Assembly (NCBI GenBank): GCA_963666835.2
Contig: CAXXGO010000006.1
Coordinates: forward strand, 2,560,001 to 2,624,000
DNA length: 64,000 nucleotides
Reading direction: 5' to 3'
From: Phycisphaerae bacterium
Lineage (GTDB): Bacteria; Planctomycetota; Phycisphaerae; UBA1845
This document shows positions 10,593 to 19,200 of this stretch, piece after piece (position 1 is the stretch's first letter; each line of letters opens with the position of its first letter). The position numbers were made by a program, and so were the translations under genes. The notes below the pieces were generated by a model, which made no database searches, was not told the DNA's origin, and saw only the letters and a list, made by a program, of their open reading frames with translations.

Positions 10593-11662
10593 TGCACCGC
10601 GATACCGCCCAACAGGCTCTTGTCAAAAAAGGGGGGCTCTTCCCGCGCACCCGTTACCAGGGCAGCAAACGCAAACTGGCTGCAGCGATCATCGCGGAGC
10701 TTCGCGATCTTGAGTACACCACCGTACTGGACGCGTTCGGAGGGACCGGAGCGCTGGCTCACGCGTTCAAGCGGGCCGGCAAACGCGTAACCTACAACGA
10801 CATCCTTAGATTCAATCATCAGATCGGATTGGCTCTGATAGAGAACGACTCGATCCGGCTGGACCGGGCGGAGATCGAGGCCATTACCCGGCGGCAATCG
10901 GGCGTACGTTACGGCGATCTGATAGAGCGCACCTTCAATGGCATCTACTTCACGGAGGAAGAGAACCGTTGGCTGGACGTCGCGGTCGGCAACATTCGCA
11001 ACATGGTGTGTCCTTTCAAGAGAGCGATGGCGTGGTTCGCGCTCTTTCAGGCCGCTCTCATCAAACGGCCGTACAATCTGTTTCATCGCGCTAATCTGTA
11101 CATGCGCACCGCCGATGTGCAAAGGAGCTTCGGTAACAAGGCGAGCTGGGATCGGAGCTTCGCGGAGCACTTCGCGGCGTTTGCCGACGAGGGTAATTGC
11201 GCCCTTGTTGACGGGGGCGGATCCTGTCGCGCATTGTGCCGGGACGCCCTCGACCTCGAGCCGGATTTCGATCTTGTGTACATCGATACCCCGTACATCA
11301 GTGGTCGGGGAGTCGGGGTGGACTATCGGGATTTCTACCACTTTCTGGAGGGACTCGTCAGCTACGACGATTGGCCGGAGATGATCGACCGCCGTTCGAA
11401 ACACCGCCGGTTGGCTCGCCAGCCGGATCCGTGGACCGTGGCGTCGTTATGCACCGAGCTGTTTCGGCGTCTGTTCGCGAAGTTCGCTGACAGCATACTG
11501 GTAGTCTCGTATCGCAGCGATGGGATTCCGACCATCGACGAACTGGCCGTGATGCTCGGGGAGGCGAAGAAGCACGTCCGGATTGCCGCGGGGGATACGT
11601 ATCAATACGTTCTGTCCACGGCGCGCGATACGCGAGAGATTCTGTTAATCGGAACGGATTGA
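10592..11662 (+). CDS. Orphan N6-adenine DNA methyltransferase (D12/Dam-like class)
   Basis: RYQGSK, SAM-binding DAFGGTG, YND and catalytic YIDTPY. ATG overlaps the pyrG stop (TGATG). Confidence 0.85.
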   Translation: MHRDTAQQALVKKGGLFPRTRYQGSKRKLAAAIIAELRDLEYTTVLDAFGGTGALAHAFKRAGKRVTYNDILRFNHQIGLALIENDSIRLDRAEIEAITRRQSGVRYGDLIERTFNGIYFTEEENRWLDVAVGNIRNMVCPFKRAMAWFALFQAALIKRPYNLFHRANLYMRTADVQRSFGNKASWDRSFAEHFAAFADEGNCALVDGGGSCRALCRDALDLEPDFDLVYIDTPYISGRGVGVDYRDFYHFLEGLVSYDDWPEMIDRRSKHRRLARQPDPWTVASLCTELFRRLFAKFADSILVVSYRSDGIPTIDELAVMLGEAKKHVRIAAGDTYQYVLSTARDTREILLIGTD

Positions 11663-12091
11663 CCGACGCTGAGCCTCAGTTTGTTTACGTTGCGGCGCAC
11701 GTTTCTTGGCCGGGTCCTTCTTCGCGTGGTCTTTGGGATGGAGCTGGTACTCGACTGTGACCTTGACTGACCCGTTGGCCAGGTATTCGGTGGACGCGTA
11801 CCGGAAGCCGCGGATTCTCGCCTGCCGCTCGTGGCCGAGTTCCCTGGCGAGGTTGCGCACCGCGACGACTTCCGCGGCGCGGCGAGCCATCAACTTCGCC
11901 CGAGCCCCTTTCATCCGGGGTGGAGGTCGTCCGATCCCGGTTGCCCGGACGATCTTGTGTGAAAGGGATGGTGCGGGAACAGGCTCTGAGGTTAGTGGTT
12001 TAGAAGGGGCGATCGCAGCCTTGTTGGGTGGGGACGCGCACGCTGCCACGAGGGGAAGTGCGGAGAACAGCAGTAGACCTGTCCGGACCAT
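11645..12091 (-). CDS. Lipoprotein, LPP20-like
   Basis: Lipobox LVAAC; ATGIG...KLMARRAAEVVAVRNLA resembles the LPP20 core; GAGG RBS before ATG 12091. Confidence 0.7.
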   Translation of the reverse strand: MVRTGLLLFSALPLVAACASPPNKAAIAPSKPLTSEPVPAPSLSHKIVRATGIGRPPPRMKGARAKLMARRAAEVVAVRNLARELGHERQARIRGFRYASTEYLANGSVKVTVEYQLHPKDHAKKDPAKKRAPQRKQTEAQRRSIRSD

Positions 12092-12342
12092 AATCACCTC
12101 TCCGACCGAGCACCACTGAGCCCTTTAACCAAAAGCGGACTCCCTTCCACCAGAGAATTGGACAACGGATCCGGCAGAACGTTAGTTGCTTGCTGAATAA
12201 GCCGGGCGTGTTTTCGGGATGTGTTTGCCGCCGCTTCCGAGGACCGGATCCGGCGGAGGGGGCCGTCTTGCCTGAGTGGTTTGGGGCGATCTATTTTCCA
12301 GAGAGACTGTCTGAGATTCGCTACGGGTTTTTGCAGGTCGGG

Positions 12343-12371
12343 TTGACCGGGTCGGGGAGAATGACGACAAT
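12343..12371 (+). promoter_or_regulatory. Putative sigma70 promoter
   Basis: TTGACC, 17-nt spacer, GACAAT, upstream of the small gene at 12411. Confidence 0.45.
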
Positions 12372-12410
12372 ACCCCACTTTGGTTAAGACGCGGATTGGG
12401 AGTGCCTGCC

Positions 12411-12647
12411 ATGGGCTTAGGTCGTAAAGCGCTGAATACTAGAGACAGGATGGACGCCCTTGAGACGAATGCGCGGAACCGCATTGTCAAGGACAAAGAG
12501 CGGGCGAGGCGCGACGCTCGCATGATGGCGAAGATCAAAGCGGGGAGCCTTCCCTACACCACGGTGGTTATGAACTGGCTCAGCCAGAAGCTGGGCAAGA
12601 AGGCCGCGAAGATTACGCAGGAAGACATACAAGCCTTGCAGGGTTAG
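12411..12647 (+). CDS. Small basic hypothetical protein (78 aa)
   Basis: GGGAG RBS; protein-like sequence MGLGRKALNTRDRMDALE...WLSQKLGKKAAKITQEDI. Confidence 0.75.
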   Translation: MGLGRKALNTRDRMDALETNARNRIVKDKERARRDARMMAKIKAGSLPYTTVVMNWLSQKLGKKAAKITQEDIQALQG

Positions 12648-12770
12648 CGCGCAGCGAGATAGGAAGCGTTAGGGTTAATTGAACCGGCGGCCGGCGAGTA
12701 TCGTCGGCCGTTTGCGTGCGCAGAAGGCGAACGTCCGATACGAACACCGGCTTGCGGAGGTCGAGCGACC

Positions 12771-12857
12771 CTAGCAAAGGGCCGCGTACGTTACCACCGT
12801 AAGGAAGATGATCTTCAGCTTTCGCCGGAAGAACCAGTAGATTGACCAACGGTCCAC
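12771..12857 (-). CDS. Putative 28-aa small membrane peptide (not in the ORF track)
   Basis: GGAGGGG, 5-nt spacer, GTG; translates MDRWSIYWFFRRKLKIIFLTVVTYAALC*. Confidence 0.5.
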   Translation of the reverse strand: MDRWSIYWFFRRKLKIIFLTVVTYAALC

Positions 12858-13296
12858 GGTTTCCCCTCCAGTAGACAGTTACTACTTCTTTTAGCCGTTT
12901 TGCCGTCCAAAGGCAATAGCTGCATGGGTTGTGCCCACCTCCGGTACCGGCTTCCGCCGGAACCGGCGCCCTATAAGTCTGCCGATGAACGGCGCGTTTT
13001 TCGGGCCGGACTCTGCTGTTGCGGGCTGTTACGGATGGGGCGGCTTTGCCGGCGGAGTCGGTTCCGGCGCCCACAGGTTGCTAGCGGGCATCGTCTGGGG
13101 TTAGGCACCGAAAATGCCACGTCGTAGTGCGGGTTCTCGCCGGGCTTATAGGGCCTTGTCACCGCTGCGCAACGGACCGGATCGGCATGATTGACCGTCG
13201 AACCGGAAGGGCCAATGATGACGTAGAAGACATAGGCGAGACGCCGTTTCAAGCTGGTGGCTCACCGGTGGAGTGGCGCGGTTGGGAGTTGACGAC

Positions 13297-13887
13297 GTGA
13301 GCGCGGTTGTTCGAAAGGCTGTTTTCGACGCGGTGATTCTCGGAGTGATTGGGGCGGCTCTGGGTTTTGGAGCCAACGCGGTGCGCGGCTCGGGGGCGGT
13401 CGATATAAGCCGGAACTACTTCAAGGTTGCCGCCCGGGGTGCTGTTGCTCCGGTGAGTGCCACCACTGATTCATCACCGGTCTCCGGGAGCGGGGCGGGC
13501 AAGTCGTTGCCCGATCATCCGTATCAGGAGTTGACCTTCGAACAGGTGTCGGAAGTCTTCCTTGATCCGCAGACGGAGATGGGAGCGAATGTGTTCATCG
13601 ATGCCCGGGTATTGTCACTCTACGAGGAGGGGCATATTCCCGGAGCGTTGCACGCCGATCACTATCGTTTCTTCGACGACCACATTGATGAGGTTTTGGC
13701 CCGCGTGGAGAGTGCGGAGAAGATCATTTCCTATTGTGAGGGCGGGGATTGCGAGGACAGCATTTTCATGTGTGCCGATCTCGTCGAGTCCGGCGTTCCG
13801 TGTGATCTCGTCTACCTGTATCCGGGCGGTTGGGAGGAATGGAAGAAGAACGACATGCCTATAGCGACGGGGCGGGAAGAGAGATGA
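13297..13887 (+). CDS. Membrane-anchored rhodanese-like domain protein
   Basis: N-terminal TM segment; FIDAR, YEEGHIPGA, YCEGGDCEDS and YPGGWEEW. Confidence 0.85.
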   Translation: MSAVVRKAVFDAVILGVIGAALGFGANAVRGSGAVDISRNYFKVAARGAVAPVSATTDSSPVSGSGAGKSLPDHPYQELTFEQVSEVFLDPQTEMGANVFIDARVLSLYEEGHIPGALHADHYRFFDDHIDEVLARVESAEKIISYCEGGDCEDSIFMCADLVESGVPCDLVYLYPGGWEEWKKNDMPIATGREER

Positions 13888-14513
13888 CAGACCGACCATC
13901 CTTCATTCGACGGGTAGATGAATCAGGAATCCTCTTACTGGTTCTGCGGTTGTTCCTCGGTATCTACTTCGTCCGTACGGGTATTGTAAAAGCGCTGGAT
14001 CCCGTCGAGTTTCTCAAGGGAGTGCGCATGTACGGACTCCTGCCCGAATCGCCGGCGATCTATCTCAACCTCACGGCCGTGGTGCTGCCGTGGCTCGAAA
14101 TCGTCTGCGGAATAGCTCTTGTTCTCGGCACGCGTATTCGGGGGGCGGCCGTGCAAATCGGGGTCATGCTGGTTGTGTTCATGCCTGCGATTTCCCTGCG
14201 GGCGATGGAGATGTTGCAGGCTAATCCGGGACTGTCGTTCTTTGATGTGCAGTTTGACTGCGGATGCGGGACCGGAGTGGAGATCATCTGGATCAAGTTG
14301 CTGAAGAACACCGGTTTGCTGGTTCTGGCTTTGCTGATACTCGTAGCCCGCTCGCGGCGTTTCTGTTTGGACCGGTGGTTTGATCGGCGGCGGGCGACGC
14401 CGCGGTATTGCCGCGGCTGCGGCTATTTGCTGCCCGCCGGGTCCGTGGATTTCTGCGATGCGTGCCGGGAGCGGTCGGCGTGCTCGGCAGGCACTCCGGA
14501 CGCGGTGACTTAG
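13884..14513 (+). CDS. DoxX/MauE family membrane protein with C-terminal Cys cluster
   Basis: LRLFLG, LPWLEIVCG and FDCGCG; ATGA overlap with the rhodanese gene; tail CRGCGY...CDAC. Confidence 0.85.
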   Translation: MTDRPSFIRRVDESGILLLVLRLFLGIYFVRTGIVKALDPVEFLKGVRMYGLLPESPAIYLNLTAVVLPWLEIVCGIALVLGTRIRGAAVQIGVMLVVFMPAISLRAMEMLQANPGLSFFDVQFDCGCGTGVEIIWIKLLKNTGLLVLALLILVARSRRFCLDRWFDRRRATPRYCRGCGYLLPAGSVDFCDACRERSACSAGTPDAVT

Positions 14514-14727
14514 TCTCTTTGTCGCGCGTTAAGGTCGGGGCGAATCCGCACCCTGTCCCGTTCCTGCACTGCTCAAGGCAGTGGTGGGCCTGAAGATCTT
14601 CCCCCGGCCATTCGAGTAATAAATCGCTGGAAGTTCATAGATCATATCGCTAATCTAGAGGTAGCCCAGGACGCAGAGCGGGCCAGTTTGCAGGGAGTGC
14701 GCTGCGCGTGGGGCCGGGGTTGATGAG

Positions 14728-15258
14728 ATGGGAACTGCTGTAAATGGTGAGCGCCGTGCGCTTACCTTCAACGATCTGGCCCAAGTCATGCCGGAGGTGT
14801 TTGGCCTTGCTGCCGGTCATCGCGTCGTAGGAGCATGGACTCTCGGGCAGATGTGTCGGCATCTTGCCCAGAGCTTCATCGGCTCCATGGATGGTCTGGA
14901 TTTGAGCCGACATCGATTCAAGCGCTTGTTCTTTCGCCGGAGGATGCTCCGAACAGCCTTGACCAAGGGCATCCCCCCCGGATACACCGTTGATGCGCGG
15001 CTTACTCCGCCGGCCCAGGTCGACACGGGCGAGGCGGTAGTGGCCTTAGCGTGTGCCGTCAGGCGCTATCAGGATCATGACGGCGCCCTTTGCGAGCACC
15101 CGTTGTTCGGCAACCTATCGCGCGATCTCTGGGACCAGGTGCATCGCGTGCATTGTGCTCATCATTTGAGTTTCGCTCTGCCCCTCGCGTGGAAGGAGCA
15201 CGGTCAACATTGTGGCACTGGGCTGGGGCATCTTCTAAACGGCGGCGATGACGCCTAG
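14728..15258 (+). CDS. DUF1569 / DinB-like protein
   Basis: GAWTLGQMCRHLA, EHPLFGNL and HCAHHLSF. Confidence 0.8.
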   Translation: MGTAVNGERRALTFNDLAQVMPEVFGLAAGHRVVGAWTLGQMCRHLAQSFIGSMDGLDLSRHRFKRLFFRRRMLRTALTKGIPPGYTVDARLTPPAQVDTGEAVVALACAVRRYQDHDGALCEHPLFGNLSRDLWDQVHRVHCAHHLSFALPLAWKEHGQHCGTGLGHLLNGGDDA

Positions 15259-15444
15259 GGCGCGACTGGAAGGGATCAGGGGCGGTCTTCTGAAGCCGCC
15301 CGCCCCGCCCATGATCGGGTGAGTTGTGAGTGAAGCTGCGCGCTGGTTGTGCCGATTGACGAGAGCCGGCGCCGGATCTATACTCCCGCGGTCGGCGCGC
15401 GCGTCGGGGTGCTTTGTAATGTTCGCTCTTGTAAGAGGTTATGG

Positions 15445-16212
15445 ATGCAACCGTCGTCCGGGCAGTCCCGAGCCAGGCTCGTTACGGCGCCGTTTCTCAT
15501 TGCGGTAGGTCTGCTTGCCGCCGCCGTTGTTCTAGCCGGGCCGGTCGCGGCGTGGAAGTCTTTCAAGCGGGTGAAGCTGGCGCTTCCACTCAAGAAGGAT
15601 CTCGACGCGTTGAATGCGGAGGCGCTCGAGCCGTACCGGGTCCTCGACCGCGTCACCCTGAACTCCACCATTCTCGAAGCGCTGGGGACGGAGCGGTACA
15701 TAAGTTGGCTTCTTGAAGACACGAGTGTATCCCCGAACGATCCGCTGCGCAACGCTCATCTTCTGGTGACGTACTACTCCGGCGGCGTGGATATGGTACC
15801 GCACACGCCGGACGTTTGCATGTTGGGCGCCGGGTATCAACCGGCCCAGCGGCACGAGAACATGGCGGTTCAGGTGTCGACCTTGGGCGCTGAGCTTCAG
15901 TCCGTTCCCGTGCGAGTATGCACGTTCATGCGGACGGCGGTGTTTCACAAGCAGCGGCACTCGGTAGTGTACACGTTCTTCAGTAACGGTCGTTTTGTAT
16001 GCGACCGGGACCGGTTGCGGATAGTGATCAATGATCCGAGAGACACGTACGCCTTCTTCAGCAAGGTCGAGATTAGTTTTCCGCGGGCGACCCGGACGCA
16101 GAGCGTTGACGGGGCTCGGAAGCTGTTGGAGCGGGTGTTGCCGGTGTTGATCGAAGATCACTGGCCCGACTTCGATAAGGCGGAGCTTTCCGGCGGCGAC
16201 GGTCGGCGGTAG
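15445..16212 (+). CDS. Exosortase-associated EpsI-like protein
   Basis: N-terminal TM segment; LGTERYI, VTYYSG and PHTPDVCMLGAGY (the HxPxxC motif of EpsI). Confidence 0.75.
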   Translation: MQPSSGQSRARLVTAPFLIAVGLLAAAVVLAGPVAAWKSFKRVKLALPLKKDLDALNAEALEPYRVLDRVTLNSTILEALGTERYISWLLEDTSVSPNDPLRNAHLLVTYYSGGVDMVPHTPDVCMLGAGYQPAQRHENMAVQVSTLGAELQSVPVRVCTFMRTAVFHKQRHSVVYTFFSNGRFVCDRDRLRIVINDPRDTYAFFSKVEISFPRATRTQSVDGARKLLERVLPVLIEDHWPDFDKAELSGGDGRR

Positions 16213-16279
16213 GGAGGCCACCTGAGATTCGGACCTCGCTTTCGATGGTCCGAACTCACCAGACAAGGGATGATCCGGT

Positions 16280-19200
16280 ATGGCCAGGAAGAAACTCAAC
16301 AAGAACCTCGTCGTGGTGCTGACGCTTTTTGCGTTTGCTGCGATTGTAGTGCTCTCCGTGTTGATGCTCAGGAGTCTGCAAAAGGGCGATCCGCAACACT
16401 TTGTGGATCTCGCCGTGAAGCACGAAGAGAAGGGGGAGTGGCGGCAAGCGGCCTTGTTCTATGGTAAGGCCTGGGAGAAGAGCCGTAATTGGGAGTACCT
16501 GGTTCTTCGTGGTGACATGCTCCTCAATGAAGGAGAGGTGGGCATGGCCTTGCGCGATTGGCGCGAGGTTCTGGTGAATAGCCCTGATATGGTGCAAGCC
16601 CACCTTCGCCAGTTGGAGATTCTGCTGGAGCTGGCGCAGCAGAGTGGGCAAATGCGATCGTGGACCGCGGTCCAAGAGGCTGCGGAGCCGTTGCTGGAAC
16701 TCGAAACGGCTCAGAAACACCAGGCTTTCGCTCATTATGCGCTTGGGCTGGCGCTGATGGGCCTCGAGTCACAGGCGGCGGACAACGCCGAGCGGGGAAT
16801 GCACGAGCTTCACGAGGCCGTTCGGCTGGCCCCGGAGGACGTGGAGTACGCCATCGATTTGGCAACTTACCAAGCCCAGCGCGGCAAACAGGACGCCGGC
16901 GAGCAGTTGTTCGAAGAACTGCTTCAGCGACACGCCGAGCCCGGCGCCGCAGCTTCGAAAGTCCGTACCGCATACGCCAAGTACTTAGCCGGCCAAGGTC
17001 GATCAGCGGATGCAGAGCGATACCTGAACGAGGGTGTGTCCTTCGCTCAGGGTGAGAGCGAGGTGTTGCTGGAAGCCCGAATGGCTTTGGCGGATTACCT
17101 GGCCAGGCAGTGGGCGACCACCAAGACGGGCGAGCGGACGGGGGACTCGGAGTTGCTAAGGCGGGCTGAGGAACTGCTGATGCAGTGTGTGGAAGAGAAT
17201 CCGGACGAGTTCGGCCCGAGTGTGCGCCTGGCTTTGCTGTACAAAGCCTCGCAGCGTCCGGAGAGGGTTGTGGAAGTCTGCGACCAGCGGCTTACGTTGG
17301 GATTCTCCCGCAAGGGGCTGAAATCGGGGCAGAACAAGCTTGATGCTTTTCGGCTCATGATTATGGGGTCGGAGGCTAGTGTGGCGATGGCGCAAGACCC
17401 CGAGGTATCGCAGGACGAGGGACGCCGTGCCGAGTGGCTCGCCCGAGCGGAGAGCTATGTTGCCCAAGCCGGATCCGAATTCGTTGACCACCCCAAGGTG
17501 CTGAGCCAGTCGGGCAGAATCAAACTGGCCCGCGGCGGCGATCGTGACGCTCTTGATGACTTCAGGCGTGCTGACGAACTCTATCAAGCTGCCGGCGTGG
17601 TCGATTGGGAGAACAAGCTGCGTCTGGCGAATCTGCATTTGGATCTTAACGAGGCCGGAGCCGCCCGCGCGGTTCTTGAGGAGGCGCTTAATCAAGCCGG
17701 TGATCGCGTGGTTCTATCGTGTTGGATCCTCTACGCCCGAGTGCTGCTGCACAACGCCCAGCGTGGTGAGCCGATCGATGCCCAGACGGCCGGAAAGGTC
17801 GAGCGCGCGTTGGCGGTGATTGCCTCGGTGGATCCGGACCGCCCGGAACTCCGCCAGCTTCAGGCGGTGTTCCTGGAACTGCAGGGCAAGCCGGGGCAGG
17901 CCGGGATGCTCACCGAGTCCCCAACCGCCCGGGCTCTGCTCGAGGCTCGCGAGCGCGTGATTCAGGGGGACACGGACGGAGCGGTGGCGTTGCTTCAGGA
18001 GGCGCTGGTGGACGCTCCCGCCGACAATCGCCTGGTGACTGCTGCGGTTCGAGATCTGCTTCGGCTGGGTCGCGCCGGCGAGGCGGAGGCGGTGGCGAAG
18101 CGAGCCTTGGAGCTCAAGCCGGACGATGCGCAATTGCGGAAGCTTGCCGTATTTGCGTCAGAGGAAATGTCCCCGGAAGATCGCGACGCGGCGTTGCTCG
18201 ACATCATCAACAGCGAAGAGGATGCTTTTCAACGATCTTGGGATCTGATCGACTACTATTGGCGGCGCGAGGATCCGGCCGCCGCTCTGCGCTATTTCGC
18301 TGAGGCGGAGCAGCATCTTATCGAGAAGGACACCGAGCAAGCTCGCAAGAGCACGATTGCCCAACATAGAGCACTACTCAAGGCGAAGCTCTTCGTAGCC
18401 AAACAGGCGGATGATGCGGAGGCCATGGCTGCGGCTCGGGATTCGGCCGTGAAATACAATGTTGACGGTGCCGAGGGTAAGTCCCTGGTCGGCCTATATC
18501 ACATGTACCGCGACGAAGTGGAGCCCGCGATTGTTGCTCTGGCCGCGGCGGTGGAGGCCCAGCCCACCGATGCCCGGTCTCTAACCTATCTGGCGCAGTG
18601 CTATCAGAACGTGGAGAGGCTGGATGCGGCTCGAGACCTCTTCGAGCGGGCTACGCGCATGAATCCGAATGAGGCGTTGGCCCACAAGGGACTGGCGGCG
18701 ATTGCCAAACAGCAAGGTGAAGAGCGGTCGTACCGCAGGCACTTGGCCATCTGCGAGGGGCTCATTCCCGGTGACCCGTGGGTACAGGGGGAAGTGCTGG
18801 CGCGCAAGGAGCAGGACAATCCGGAGCAGGCGATTATTGATCGAGAAGCGCTTCTGGCGACGGATCCGGATAATGTCGCCAATCTGGCGCGGCTGGCTGC
18901 GTTGGCTGAGACTCTGGGAGATCAGGCCAAGGCCGATGGCTACTATCAACGAATCCTGGACATTCGTGGCGATGAGCAAGGTGTCGTGGCGCTGGTCAGC
19001 AAGTACTTCGTTCGCACGGGGCGCCCGGAGTCGTCGCTCGAGGTGGTGAACGAGTATGTGGACTCGAAGACCACCGCTGACGAGAAGGCGGACGCCCGAA
19101 TCCTGATTGCGGCGCACTACCTCGGATTGCAGGAACTCGACCTGGCCGAGACGGCTTTGTTGGAGGCGGCCGATGTGTCTCGTACCCTCGCCGTGTGCCA

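Noticed and set aside
12860..13270. Structured RNA gene (tmRNA, RNase P, c-di-GMP riboswitch) in the long gap
   Set aside because: Only short chance matches, with no complete conserved cores.
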